A stretch of DNA of 64,000 bases from an uncultured Actinomycetes bacterium (GTDB lineage: Bacteria; Actinomycetota; Acidimicrobiia; IMCC26256; PALSA-555): the NCBI GenBank assembly GCA_903899845.1, contig CAIUKV010000251.1, positions 5,970 to 69,969 on the forward strand, read 5' to 3'. Below are positions 17,711-29,852 of this stretch, one piece after another. The position numbers and the translations under genes are program-made. Below the pieces are notes generated by a model. It saw nothing but the letters and a program-made list of their open reading frames with translations. It searched no databases and was not told the origin of the DNA. Every line of letters begins with the position of its first letter. Position 1 is the stretch's first letter.

Positions 17711-18858
17711 GCGCCCGCTACGCGTCGGCGCTGTCCACCCACCCATTGCCGGCCCACGCGGTCGGCGAGGTCGCCGGGCAGGTGCTCGACGCGCTCGGGG
17801 GCGACGACCCCGACCTCCTCGTGTGCTTCGTCTCCCCCCACCTGGTCGGGGCCCTCGACGACGCGCTGCACGCGCTCCACGCGCTCCTCGGCCCCCGCGT
17901 GCTCCTGGGCGCGTCGGCGAGCGGCGTGCTCGCCGGGACCCAGGAGGTGGAGGACGGCCCCGGCGTCGCGGTCTTCGCCGCGGTGTTGCCCGGCGCCGAC
18001 CTGATCCCGATGGCGCTGCGGAACGAGGACACCCCCGACGGCCCGTCCGTCGTGGGCTGGCCCGAGCGCCCCGACCAGGGCGTCGACGCCGACGTGCTGT
18101 TGCTCGCGGCCGATCCGTTCACCTTCCCCACCGAGGCGTTCCTGCGCCGCCTCGACCACGACCGACCCGGGCTCCCGGTGCTGGGCGGCTTGGCCTCGGC
18201 GTCGAGCCGCCCCGGTGGCAACCGGCTCGTGGTCGACGGGCGGATCGAGCACGCGGGCGCGGCCGCGGTCCTGGTGGCCGGGGCCGGGGTGCGGACGGTG
18301 GTGTCGCAGGGCTGCCGTCCCGTCGGCGAGCCGCTGGTCGTCACGCGGGGCGAGCGGAACTTCGTCGCCGAGCTGGCTGGTCGTCCCGCCCTCGAGCGCC
18401 TGCGTGAGATCGCCGAGCGCGCCGACGACGCCGAGCGGGCCCTGCTCCAGCGCGGGTTGCAGCTCGGGTTCGTCGTCGACGAGCACCGGGCCGACTTCGG
18501 TCGGGGCGACTTCCTCGTCCGGTCGGTCATCGGGGCCGACCGCGAGACCGGGGCGATCGCCGTCGGCGAGCCGGTGGAGGTGGGGCGCACCGTGCAGTTC
18601 CACGTCCGCGACGCCGCCGCGGCCGACGACGACCTGCGCGCGCTCCTCGCCGCCGAGTCGGCCGGGGCCGCGCTCTGCTTCACCTGCAACGGGCGGGGCC
18701 GGGCCCTGTTCGGCGCCCCCGACCACGATGCGGGGGTGGTGGCCGAGACGCTCGGACCCGTGCCCGTGGCCGGGATGTTCTGCGCCGGGGAGATCGGCCC
18801 GATCGGGCGCCGCAACGCGCTCCACGCCTTCACCGCGAGCCTCGCGCTGTTCCCCTGA
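17707..18858 (+). CDS. FIST N/C-domain sensor-like protein
   Basis: GTG 17707 (GTGA overlap). VSARYASALSTHPLPAHAVGEVAGQVLDAL...DLLVCFVSPH...GMFCAGEIGP is typical of FIST proteins. Confidence 0.7.
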   Translation: MSARYASALSTHPLPAHAVGEVAGQVLDALGGDDPDLLVCFVSPHLVGALDDALHALHALLGPRVLLGASASGVLAGTQEVEDGPGVAVFAAVLPGADLIPMALRNEDTPDGPSVVGWPERPDQGVDADVLLLAADPFTFPTEAFLRRLDHDRPGLPVLGGLASASSRPGGNRLVVDGRIEHAGAAAVLVAGAGVRTVVSQGCRPVGEPLVVTRGERNFVAELAGRPALERLREIAERADDAERALLQRGLQLGFVVDEHRADFGRGDFLVRSVIGADRETGAIAVGEPVEVGRTVQFHVRDAAAADDDLRALLAAESAGAALCFTCNGRGRALFGAPDHDAGVVAETLGPVPVAGMFCAGEIGPIGRRNALHAFTASLALFP

Positions 18859-18996
18859 GCCGGGCGCCCGCCTCCCGCGGCGACCCGCCCGACCGTTCCT
18901 GGCGCGTCACCGCGGGTGCCATAGGCTCCCGGCGCGCGGCACGGGCGGCGCGCGTGGGCCCTCGGGTCGGCGCAGGCTTCGACGAGAGGAGTCCGG

Positions 18997-20982
<1,986 letters not shown>

Positions 20983-21825
20983 CCCGGTCCCCGGGCGCGT
21001 CGCCGGGACGGGCGGACGCCACGTCGTCGGCCAGGGCGCGCGCCGCGCGCAGGTGCGCGGCGAGGGACGCGACCGTGGCGTGCGCGTTGCGGCCGCTCGG
21101 GTTGGGCATGAGGTAGACCGGGCGCCCCCCGAGCTCGCCGGGCTGCACGCCGGGCCGGGCCCGCGGATCGGCGGCCGTGCGCCACCCCTCGAGGCCGAGC
21201 ACGCACACCGCTCCCGGGGCCAGCCACGCCACGAGGCGCTCCACCCGGGCCAGGCCCCGGCGGTACTCGGCCGGCCGGACCGCGGCGGCGTCGTTGGTGG
21301 CCCGCTTGACCAGGTCGGTCATGCCGACCCGGTCGGTGCGCACGGCCCCCCACGGGTCGCGGTCGGCCGAGACGACCCCGGCCTCCAGGGCCGCGGGCCA
21401 GAAGCGGTTCCCGGGACGGGCGAAGCCGACACCCGCGTCGGCCGAGCGCAGCGACGGGTTGCAGCCGACGACGAGGAGGCGCAGCCCCGGGGCGACGAAG
21501 TCGGGCAGCGTGTGGTCCCGGCGGGCCACGACGCGCGCCCGGGTGCGGCCCGTGGTGGTGGCCTCCAGCACCGAGAACCCGCCACCCTCCACCACCTCGG
21601 CGAGGGAGGCGGGAGGCCGTCCGGTGAGCGAGGCCGACCACGTCGCCCCCACCGGCAGCGCCGCGTGCAGCGCCGCCAGCGCGAGCGGCAGCTCACCGGG
21701 TGCGACCCGCAGGCGCCGGGCGATCGAGCGGGCATCCACGGGGGAGTCCACGGGGTCGGCCACGGGGTCATCCTGCCCGGTCGCCTCGCCCGTCACCCGG
21801 CGACCGCGTCGGGACGGAGGCTCCC

Positions 21826-21831
21826 TATGCT
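21826..21831 (+). promoter_or_regulatory. -10-like TATGCT, 6 nt upstream of the pgl ATG (leaderless candidate)
   Basis: ccTATGCTcgggcgATG. Confidence 0.4.
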
Positions 21832-21837
21832 CGGGCG

Positions 21838-22485
21838 ATGGCGCTGCCCGGTGAGATCCGTGTCGTCCCCCACGTGCCCGCGGCGTTCGCCGAGCTCCTG
21901 ACCACCGAGGCCCCGCGCTCGGTCGCGCTGTCGGGTGGGGCGACCGCCCGGGCCTGCTACACCCTCTGCGCCACCGCGGCCCGGCTCGACTGGTCGCAGG
22001 TCGACGTGTACTTCGGCGACGAGCGCTGGGTCCCGGTGCACGACCGCGACTCCAACGAGGGGATGGCCCGGGTGGCGTTCCTCGACGAGGTCGGCCCGGC
22101 GTGGATCCACTCGATGTACCACGCCGGCACGACCCCCGAGGCCGCCGCCGCGGCCTACGACCTCCTCGTCGCCGGTGCCGACCCGATCGACCTCGTGCAC
22201 CTCGGCCTCGGCCCCGACGGCCACACGGCGTCGCTGTTCCCCGGCTCGCCCGCCCTGACCGTGACCGACCGACTGGTCGTGACCAACGGCGACGACGCCC
22301 ACCCCCACCTCCGGTGCACCTTCACCTACCCGGCCATCGCGCGTGCCCGGCTGGTGGTCGTGACGGTGGCCGGCGCCGACAAGCGCGACGCGCTGGCCCG
22401 CATCCGCGCCGGCGAGGACCTTCCCGCATCGCGCATCGAGGCCGATCGGGTGCTGTGGCTGGTGGACCCCGCCGCGTTCGCCTGA
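21838..22485 (+). CDS. pgl: 6-phosphogluconolactonase
   Basis: From the internal ATG: VALSGGATA...VYFGDERWVP..DSNEG...HLGLGPDGHTASLFPG. Confidence 0.85.
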   Translation: MALPGEIRVVPHVPAAFAELLTTEAPRSVALSGGATARACYTLCATAARLDWSQVDVYFGDERWVPVHDRDSNEGMARVAFLDEVGPAWIHSMYHAGTTPEAAAAAYDLLVAGADPIDLVHLGLGPDGHTASLFPGSPALTVTDRLVVTNGDDAHPHLRCTFTYPAIARARLVVVTVAGADKRDALARIRAGEDLPASRIEADRVLWLVDPAAFA

Positions 22486-22516
22486 TCCGGACCCGGACCG
22501 GCCCGGGGGCGTCGTC

Positions 22517-22522
22517 TAGCGT
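22517..22522 (+). promoter_or_regulatory. -10-like TAGCGT, 6 nt upstream of the fbiC GTG (leaderless candidate)
   Basis: tcTAGCGTgtcgccGTG. Confidence 0.4.
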
Positions 22523-22528
22523 GTCGCC

Positions 22529-24904
22529 GTGCTCTCCGAGCCGGATGCCCTCGCCCTCGTCGACGTCACCGCGGACGAGATCGTCCCCGAGGCGGGCAAG
22601 CTGCGCGACGCCGGCCACGGCGACCGCATCACGTTCTCGCCCAAGGTGTTCGTCCCGCTGACGATGCTGTGCCGCGACCGCTGCGGCTACTGCACCTTCG
22701 CCAAGCCCCCGGCCCGGCTCGAGGCGCCGTTCCTCGACCTCGAGGCGGTGCTCGCCCTGGCCCGCCACGGTGCCGCCCTCGGGTGCCACGAGGCGCTGTT
22801 CACCCTGGGTGAGGCCCCCGAGGCCCGCTACCCCGACGCCGCCGCCTGGCTGGCCGAGCGGGGCGTCGCGAGCACCCTGGACCACCTCTGCGCGGTCGCG
22901 GGGGCGGTCCTCGCCGAGACCGGCCTCCTTCCCCACGCCAATGCCGGCGCCCTGGACGAGGCCGACCTCGTCCGGCTCCGGGCCGTGAGCCCGTCGCAGG
23001 GGATGATGATCGAGACCCTCGCCGCCCGGCTCGGCGAGCCCGGGGGCCCCCATCACGGCGCCCCCGACAAGACGCCGGCCCGGCGCCTCGCCACCCTCGA
23101 GGCCGCGGGCCGGGCCAAGGTCCCGTTCACCACCGGGATCCTCGTCGGGATCGGGGAGACCCGGAGGGAGCGCATCGAGGCGCTGCTCGCGATCCGGGCC
23201 GCCCACGCCCGGCACGGGCACGTGCAGGAGGTCATCGTCCAGAACTTCCTGCCCAAGCCCGGGACCGCCATGCACCGGGCCGACCCGTGCCCCCCCGACG
23301 AGTTCCGCTGGACCATCGCCGCGGCCCGCCTCGTGCTCGGCCCGGCGATGCACCTCCAGGCCCCCCCGAACCTCTCCGACGACCTCGGCGCGCTGATCGA
23401 GGCCGGGATCGACGACTGGGGCGGGGTCTCCCCCGTCACCCCCGACCACGTGAACCCCGAGCGGCCCTGGCCCGACCTCGACCGGCTCCGGGCCGCCACC
23501 GAGGCCGCGGGCAAGGTCCTCGCGCCGCGCCTCACCGTGTATCCCGAGTACGTGCGCGCCGCCGACGAGTGGCTCCACCCCGACGTCCGCACCGCCGTGT
23601 GGCGGGCCAGCGACAGTGAGGGGCTCGCGCGCGACGACGACTGGGCGTCGGGCGGCGATCGCGAGCCGCCGGCGCTGCTGCCGGTCGCATCCGTCGCGGC
23701 GGTCCCGACCCGGTCCGGCAGCGCCGTGGGCGAGGTGCTCGCCGGCGTCGCCGCCGGCGAGGAGGTCGGGGTCCCCGAGATCGTGACCCTCCTCGGCGCC
23801 CGCGGTCCCGACGTCACGGCCGTCGCGGCCGTCGCCGACCACCTGCGGCGCGAGACCGTCGGGGACGACGTCACCTTCGTCCGGAACCGGAACATCAACT
23901 ACACGAACGTGTGCACGTTCAAGTGCCGATTCTGCGCGTTCTCCAAGGGTCCGCTGTCGCTGGACCTTCGCGGCACCCCCTACCTGCTCGACCACGAGGA
24001 GATCCAACGCCGGGTGATCGAGGCGGTGCAGTGCGGCGCGACCGAGGTCTGCCTCCAGGGCGGGATCCATCCCGACTTCGACGGCGACTACTACCGCAGC
24101 GTCGTGGCCGCGGTCCGGGCGGTCGCCCCGGACATCCACGTCCACGGCTTCACCGCGTTGGAGGTCACCGAGGGGGCCCGCCGCCTCGGCGTCCCCCTGC
24201 ACGACTACCTCGTCTCGATGCGGGCGGCCGGGCTCCACACGCTGCCCGGCACGGCGGCCGAGGTGCTCGACGACGAGGTCCGGGCCGTGATCTGCCCGGA
24301 CAAGGTCGACACCGAGCAGTGGCTGGAGGCCCACCGCACCGCGCACGCCGTGGGCCTGCGCTCCAACGTCACCCTGATGTTCGGCACGGTGGAGCGCCCC
24401 GAGCACGTGGCCAACCACTTCGTCCGCACCCGTGCCCTGCAGCGCGAGACCGGCGGCTTCACCGAGTTCGTCGGTCTGCCCTTCGTCCACATGGCCAGCC
24501 CGATCCACCTCCAGGGCCGGTCCCGGCGGGGCCCGACGTTCCGCGAGGTGCTGCTCGTGCACGCGGTGGCCCGCATCGCCTACCGGGGCGCCATCGACAA
24601 CGTCCAGGTGTCGTGGGTGAAGGTCGGGGCCGCGGGCGCCCGCCAGATCCTGCAGGCCGGGGCCAACGACCTCGGGGGCACGCTGATGGACGAGAACATC
24701 TCCCGGGCGGCCGGCGCCGCCCACGGCCAGGAGCTCGACGAGGCCGGCTTCCACGAGATCGTGGCGCCGCTGGGTCGTCCCCTGGTCCAGCGCACCACCC
24801 TCTACGGCCGGGTGACCACCACCGGGACCCGCCTGCGGCCCGACTCCGGGCCGACCCCCGACGGCGTGCCCGTGGCCCTGCGCCCCCGGGCGGTGGTCAC
24901 GTGA
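22529..24904 (+). CDS. fbiC: FO synthase, fused CofG/CofH radical-SAM enzyme (F420 biosynthesis)
   Basis: 791 aa with two radical-SAM halves: CRDRCGYCTF and CTFKCRFCAF. Confidence 0.93.
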   Translation: MLSEPDALALVDVTADEIVPEAGKLRDAGHGDRITFSPKVFVPLTMLCRDRCGYCTFAKPPARLEAPFLDLEAVLALARHGAALGCHEALFTLGEAPEARYPDAAAWLAERGVASTLDHLCAVAGAVLAETGLLPHANAGALDEADLVRLRAVSPSQGMMIETLAARLGEPGGPHHGAPDKTPARRLATLEAAGRAKVPFTTGILVGIGETRRERIEALLAIRAAHARHGHVQEVIVQNFLPKPGTAMHRADPCPPDEFRWTIAAARLVLGPAMHLQAPPNLSDDLGALIEAGIDDWGGVSPVTPDHVNPERPWPDLDRLRAATEAAGKVLAPRLTVYPEYVRAADEWLHPDVRTAVWRASDSEGLARDDDWASGGDREPPALLPVASVAAVPTRSGSAVGEVLAGVAAGEEVGVPEIVTLLGARGPDVTAVAAVADHLRRETVGDDVTFVRNRNINYTNVCTFKCRFCAFSKGPLSLDLRGTPYLLDHEEIQRRVIEAVQCGATEVCLQGGIHPDFDGDYYRSVVAAVRAVAPDIHVHGFTALEVTEGARRLGVPLHDYLVSMRAAGLHTLPGTAAEVLDDEVRAVICPDKVDTEQWLEAHRTAHAVGLRSNVTLMFGTVERPEHVANHFVRTRALQRETGGFTEFVGLPFVHMASPIHLQGRSRRGPTFREVLLVHAVARIAYRGAIDNVQVSWVKVGAAGARQILQAGANDLGGTLMDENISRAAGAAHGQELDEAGFHEIVAPLGRPLVQRTTLYGRVTTTGTRLRPDSGPTPDGVPVALRPRAVVT

Positions 24905-25899
24905 GCGGACCCACCGACTTCGACGTCGTCGGTCTCGGCAACGCGCTCGTCGACGTGCTCGCCCACGCCGACGACGCGTTCCTCGCCGCCCACGACCGGG
25001 TCAAGGGGTCGATGACGCTCATCGACGCCGAGCAGGCCGAGCGCCTCTACGGGGCGATGGGCCCGGGCATCGAGGTGTCCGGTGGCTCGACCGCCAACTC
25101 GCTGGTGGGGCTCGCCTCCCTGGGCGGCCGGGCCGCCTTCGTGGGGAGGGTCGCCGCCGACCAGCTCGGCGCAGTGTTCGCCCACGACATCCGGGCCGCC
25201 GGCGTGCACTTCGCCGCGCCCCCGGCCGAGGGGGGTCCGCCCACCGGCCGCTGCCTCATCCTCGTCACGCCCGACGCCGAGCGCACCCTGAACACCTTCC
25301 TCGGGGCCGCAGCCGAGTTCGGCCCCGAGGACGTGGACGTCGACCTCGTGCGCGCGGCCCAGGTGACCTACCTCGAGGGCTACCTCTGGGACCAGCCCCG
25401 GGCCAAGGAGGCGTTCCGCCACGCCGCCCGGGTCGCCCACGACGCGGGCCGCCGGGTCGCCCTGACCCTGTCCGACTCCTTCTGCGTGGAGCGCCACCGC
25501 GCCGACTTCCTCGCCCTCGTGGAGCACGACGTCGACATCCTCTTCGCCAACGAGGCCGAGATCTGCGCGCTCTACGAGGTGACCGAGTTCGACGACGCCC
25601 TGCAGAGGGTCAACCACCACTGCGAGATCGCGGCGTTGACCCGGTCGGCCAAGGGCTCGCTCGTGATCAGCGGATCCGAGGTCCACCTCGTGGACGCCGC
25701 GCCGGTGCCCGGCGGGGTGGTCGACACCACCGGGGCCGGCGACCTCTACGCCGCCGGGTTCCTCTACGGCGTCACCCACGGCTACGACCTCGGGACGAGC
25801 GGACGCCTCGGTGCCCTGGCCGCGGCCGAGGTGGTCTCGCACCTCGGGGCCCGCCCCGAGACCTCGCTCGCTGCGCTGGCCGCCGACCTGCTCGCCTGA
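24901..25899 (+). CDS. PfkB-family carbohydrate/adenosine kinase
   Basis: GTG 24901 (GTGA overlap with fbiC). GLGNALVDVL...GGSTANS...DTTGAGDLYAAGFLYG. Confidence 0.8.
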   Translation: MSGPTDFDVVGLGNALVDVLAHADDAFLAAHDRVKGSMTLIDAEQAERLYGAMGPGIEVSGGSTANSLVGLASLGGRAAFVGRVAADQLGAVFAHDIRAAGVHFAAPPAEGGPPTGRCLILVTPDAERTLNTFLGAAAEFGPEDVDVDLVRAAQVTYLEGYLWDQPRAKEAFRHAARVAHDAGRRVALTLSDSFCVERHRADFLALVEHDVDILFANEAEICALYEVTEFDDALQRVNHHCEIAALTRSAKGSLVISGSEVHLVDAAPVPGGVVDTTGAGDLYAAGFLYGVTHGYDLGTSGRLGALAAAEVVSHLGARPETSLAALAADLLA

Positions 25900-25930
25900 G
25901 CCGCGCGGCCGCCGGACGGGCGGTCCCGGG

Positions 25931-26122
25931 CTACTCGTCGAACGGCGCGCCGCCGAGGGACCGGATCGCCTTCTCCACCGCCCGGCGGGCCGCCAGGATG
26001 CGCTTCTCGTCGGCGGCCGCGTCGGCGTCGCCCGCCGCCGCCTCGCGGAGCCGGTCGTAGGCGAGGTCGCGGAGGCGCTCCTCGATGCCCACGAGCTGGG
26101 TGACGATCTCGGGGATGCTCAT
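25931..26122 (-). CDS. Hypothetical 63-aa helical protein, translationally coupled to glcF
   Basis: MSIPEIVTQLVGIEERLRDLAYDRLREAAAGD... High GC3. ATGA overlap with the glcF-like stop. Confidence 0.45.
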   Translation of the reverse strand: MSIPEIVTQLVGIEERLRDLAYDRLREAAAGDADAAADEKRILAARRAVEKAIRSLGGAPFDE

Positions 26123-27321
26123 CGGCCCTCCGGGTCGAGCGCGTCGGCGAGGAGCTCCGCGGGGTGGCGGACCTCGAGCCCGGCGGCGCGCAGGTGGAGC
26201 AGGCAGCCGGGGTTCGCCGACGCCACGACCGGGGCCGGCCCGCCCACGGCCCGGATGGCCGCGACCTTGCGGTCGCGCACCGCGCCGGCGAGCTCGGGCT
26301 CCCAGACCGCGAAGGCGCCCCCCGCCCCGCAGCACAGGCCGTCGTCGGCGGTCTCGAGCAGGCGGCACGCCGGGGCGAGCACCGTGCGCACGGGGAGGTG
26401 GGCCCGCTGGACGTGGCGGAGATGACACGGATCCTGCACCACGACCGGAAGTCCGGTGTCGCGCAGCGCCAGCGGCGGCTGCCTGGTGAGCCAGTCGGCG
26501 AGGTCGACCACCCGGGCGGAGAACGCCGCCGCTTCCGGGGTCCCCAGGAGGTGGCCGTAGTCCCGCATCGCCGCGCCGCACCCGGCACTGTCGACGACCA
26601 CGGGCGCGTCGCCGGGCATCGACGCGATCACGCTCCGGGCGAGGCGCTGGGCCGTCGCGGTCCGCCCCGCGTGGACGTGCAGCGCGCCGCAGCAGTCGGC
26701 GCCGGGACCCGGGTGCATGGGGGTCGCGCCCGCGGCCCGCATCACGGCGACCGTGGCCCGGTGCACCGAGCGCTGCCAGGCGTCCATCACGCAGCCGGTG
26801 AGCAGGTAGGCGTCGCCGGTTCCCGGACCGCCGAGGTCGAGCGGTCGCCGCAGCTCGTCGGCGCGCAACGCGGGCACACCCGCCCGCGCGGGCACGAGGC
26901 GCAGTCGCTGCAGCGCCCACAGGGCCCAGGTGGCGGCGCGGAGCACCGGACGCCGGGTGAGCACCCAGCGGTAGGCGACGGCCTCGGCGACCCGGCGCGC
27001 CGGGGCCCGGCGCGCGCCGGGGGGCGCACCGGGCGCCGCCAGCGCCGCGCGGGTCCCCTCCATCAGGCGACCGAAGGGGACGCCCGAGGGACACGCGGCC
27101 TCGCAGCCCCGGCACTGGATGCACGCGTCCATGGCGGCCACGAACGATGCGTCGACCGGGGCACCGTCGAGGTCGACCGCCCGCATCGCGGCGATGCGAC
27201 CCCGGGGCGACGCGATCTCGAGGCCGGTGACGCGGTAGGTCGGGCAGTGCGGCAGGCACAGGCCGCAGGCGACGCAGCTCACGAGCTCGTCGGGGTCGAG
27301 GCCGAGCGCCCGGCCGCTCAC
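26119..27321 (-). CDS. glcF: Glycolate oxidase Fe-S subunit GlcF-like (2x4Fe-4S + CCG domains)
   Basis: GTG 27319-27321 (GTGA overlap). CVACGLCLPHCP and CIQCRGCEAACP. C-terminal CCG-type cysteines. Confidence 0.8.
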   Translation of the reverse strand: MSGRALGLDPDELVSCVACGLCLPHCPTYRVTGLEIASPRGRIAAMRAVDLDGAPVDASFVAAMDACIQCRGCEAACPSGVPFGRLMEGTRAALAAPGAPPGARRAPARRVAEAVAYRWVLTRRPVLRAATWALWALQRLRLVPARAGVPALRADELRRPLDLGGPGTGDAYLLTGCVMDAWQRSVHRATVAVMRAAGATPMHPGPGADCCGALHVHAGRTATAQRLARSVIASMPGDAPVVVDSAGCGAAMRDYGHLLGTPEAAAFSARVVDLADWLTRQPPLALRDTGLPVVVQDPCHLRHVQRAHLPVRTVLAPACRLLETADDGLCCGAGGAFAVWEPELAGAVRDRKVAAIRAVGGPAPVVASANPGCLLHLRAAGLEVRHPAELLADALDPEGR

Positions 27322-28364
27322 GCGGGGCCGCCCACGGGGACCGGGGCCAGGGGCAGCCGGCCCGGGTTGCACTTGCCCGTCGGGTCGAGCGCGTCCTTGA
27401 TCCGGGCCATCAGCGCCCGGTTGGGCAGGTCGGTCCCGAAGCCGTCGAGCGGTCCCGCCTCGCGGAGCAGCCAGCCGCCCGCGGCGTGGGCCACCGTGCG
27501 GGCGGCATCGAGCCCCGCAGCGCTCGGCGCGGCGACGTGCACGGTGCCGACGCCCCCCTCCCCCAGTGCGCCGATCCCGAGCCCGGCGAGGTCGGCGAGC
27601 ACGCGGTCGACCAGCGCGGGACGCACCGAGATGCGCCCCCGGTGGGGGCCGGTGGGCCAGGCCGGCGCCTCGGCGCCGGTCGAGGGGCCCAGGCGGGTCC
27701 GCTCGGCGGCGACGTCCTCGGGGAACCCCTCGAGCAGCACGGTGGTGCCGGTCGGGTCGGTGAGCACCGCGGCGGGCCGGAACGCGCGCCGGAGCACCTC
27801 GGCCGCCGGGACGTCGAGGCGGCGCCACTCGGACGCGGCCGGGCGGGGCTCGCAGCGCAGCGTGACCTGCACCAGCACGCCGAGGGTCCCGAGCGACCCG
27901 ACCATCAGGCGGGCGACGTCGTAGCCGCTCACGTTCTTCACCGTGCGCCCGCCGCCCTTGACCGTGCGGCCGTCGGCGAGCACGAGGTGCACCTCGAGGA
28001 GCCGGTTGCGCAGCGGGCCGTAGCGGAGCCGACGGGGGCCGCTCAGCCCCGCCGCGAGCACGCCGCCCACGGTCGCGGCCGGGTCACGGGGGTCGAGCGG
28101 GCACTGCTGGCCCGCCGCACCCAGGACGGCGTCGAGCTCGCCGACGGTCGTCCCCGCGGCGACGGTGACGGTCAGCTCGGCGGGGTCGTACTCGAGCACC
28201 CCGGACGGGGCCCGCACCTCGGTGCCCGCGGGTGCCGGTCCTCCCACCTCCCAGTGCGTGCGGGAACCCACCGGCACGACGGTCGCGGCGGTGGCCACGG
28301 TCGCGGCCAGGGCCGCGACGGCCTCGGCGACGGCCGGGGCGACGGTCCCTGGGCTCACACCCAC
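27318..28364 (-). CDS. glcE: Glycolate oxidase FAD-binding subunit GlcE-like
   Basis: VVPVGSRTHWEVGG..., TVKNVSGYDVARLMVGSLGTLGV. An alternative GTGA-overlapped start lies at 28358. Confidence 0.8.
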   Translation of the reverse strand: MGVSPGTVAPAVAEAVAALAATVATAATVVPVGSRTHWEVGGPAPAGTEVRAPSGVLEYDPAELTVTVAAGTTVGELDAVLGAAGQQCPLDPRDPAATVGGVLAAGLSGPRRLRYGPLRNRLLEVHLVLADGRTVKGGGRTVKNVSGYDVARLMVGSLGTLGVLVQVTLRCEPRPAASEWRRLDVPAAEVLRRAFRPAAVLTDPTGTTVLLEGFPEDVAAERTRLGPSTGAEAPAWPTGPHRGRISVRPALVDRVLADLAGLGIGALGEGGVGTVHVAAPSAAGLDAARTVAHAAGGWLLREAGPLDGFGTDLPNRALMARIKDALDPTGKCNPGRLPLAPVPVGGPA

Positions 28365-29653
28365 GTCCCTTCGGGGACCCGGCGGACCTCCCCGCAGCGG
28401 CTGCCCCGGGGCAGGACCTTGTCGGGGTTGGCCAGGCCCTGCGGATCGAACGCGTCGCGCAACCGGGCCTGCAGGTCGAGGTCGTCGGGGGTGAAGATCA
28501 GCGGCATGGCGTCGCGCTTCTCCATGCCGATCCCGTGCTCGCCTGAGAGCACGCCGCCCGCGGCCACGCAGGTCCGGAGGATCTCGTCGCCGGCGTCGTG
28601 CACCCGCGACCAGATCCCCGGCTCGCGGGCGTCGAAGACGATGAGGGGGTGGAGGTTGCCGTCCCCCGCGTGGAACACGTTCATCATCGTCAGGCGCTGC
28701 TCGGCCGCGATCTCGTAGACGCGGCGCAGGACGTCGACCAGCTTGGTGCGCGGCACCACCGCGTCGTGGAGGTAGTAGTCCGGGGCGATGCGGGCGATCG
28801 CCCCGAAGGCCGACTTGCGGCCCTTCCAGAGCAGCGCCCGCTCCGCCTCGTCGGCGGCGACCCGGACCGAGCGGGCCCCGTGGGCCCGGGCGACGGCGTC
28901 GATGGCGGCGACCTGCGCGGCGACCCCGTCGGGCAGGCCGTCGACCTCGACCAGGAGCACCGCCGCGGCGTCACGCGGGTAGCCCGCGCCCACGAAGTCC
29001 TCGACCGCGCGCGTGATCTCGGCGTCCATCATCTCGAGCGCTGCGGGAACGATCCCGGCGGCGATGATGCCGCTCACGGTGGCGGCGGCGTCGTCGAGCG
29101 CGCCGAAGTCGCAGAGGAGCGTCCGGACCACCGGGGGGTCGGGCAGGAGGCGGACCGCGATCCGGGCCGCGATGCCCATCGTGCCCTCGCTCCCGACGAA
29201 GCAGCCCCGCAGGTCGTAGCCGGGCACGTCGGGCTCGGTGCCGCCGAGGCGCGCCACCTCGCCGTCGGCGAGCACGGCGTCGACCGCGAGCACGTGGGCC
29301 GAGGTGACCCCCGACGCCAGGCAGTGGGGACCCCCGGCGTTGGTCCCGACGTTGCCGCCGATCGTGCAGGCCTGCTGCGACGACGGATCCGGCGCGTAGT
29401 GCAGCCCGAGGTGCTGGACGGCCCGGGTCAGGTCGAGGTTGAGCACGCCGGGCTCGACCCAGGCGACGCGCTCCACCGGATCGACCTCGAGCACCCGGTT
29501 CATCTGCGTGGTCACCACGACCACGGCGTCGTCGAGCGGGGTGGCGCCGCCGGCGAGGCCGGTGCCGCTCCCCCGCGCCACGAACGGCACGCCGTGGTCG
29601 GCCGCGACCCGGACGGCGGCAGCCACGTCCTCGGTCGAGCGCGGGAAGCACAC
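28355..29653 (-). CDS. glcD: FAD-linked oxidase GlcD-like; the true N-terminus probably extends to about 29779
   Basis: CFPRSTEDVAAAVRVAADHGVPFVARGSGTGLAGGA... The in-frame upstream sequence IAPDALLADLRAALGPDRARAEALELALYARDAGVEQGRAAAV looks like a genuine GlcD N-terminus but has no ATG/GTG/TTG. Confidence 0.85.
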   Translation of the reverse strand: MCFPRSTEDVAAAVRVAADHGVPFVARGSGTGLAGGATPLDDAVVVVTTQMNRVLEVDPVERVAWVEPGVLNLDLTRAVQHLGLHYAPDPSSQQACTIGGNVGTNAGGPHCLASGVTSAHVLAVDAVLADGEVARLGGTEPDVPGYDLRGCFVGSEGTMGIAARIAVRLLPDPPVVRTLLCDFGALDDAAATVSGIIAAGIVPAALEMMDAEITRAVEDFVGAGYPRDAAAVLLVEVDGLPDGVAAQVAAIDAVARAHGARSVRVAADEAERALLWKGRKSAFGAIARIAPDYYLHDAVVPRTKLVDVLRRVYEIAAEQRLTMMNVFHAGDGNLHPLIVFDAREPGIWSRVHDAGDEILRTCVAAGGVLSGEHGIGMEKRDAMPLIFTPDDLDLQARLRDAFDPQGLANPDKVLPRGSRCGEVRRVPEGTWV

Positions 29654-29785
29654 GGCGGCGGCCCGGCCCTGCTCGACCCCTGCGTCACGGGCGTACAGCG
29701 CGAGCTCGAGCGCCTCGGCGCGGGCGCGATCGGGTCCGAGCGCGGCGCGGAGGTCGGCGAGGAGCGCGTCGGGTGCGATACCCGA

Positions 29786-29791
29786 AGACTA
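29786..29791 (-). promoter_or_regulatory. -10-like TAGTCT, 6 nt upstream of the in-frame ATC at 29777-29779 of the glcD-like gene
   Basis: Minus-strand cggTAGTCTtcgggtATCgcaccc. Same geometry as the other leaderless candidates here. Confidence 0.3.
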
Positions 29792-29852
29792 CCGACGGCC
29801 TCGCTACGCTCCCGGAACCGCGCGGCCGCGCGTCGACACACGAGGAGCACCG

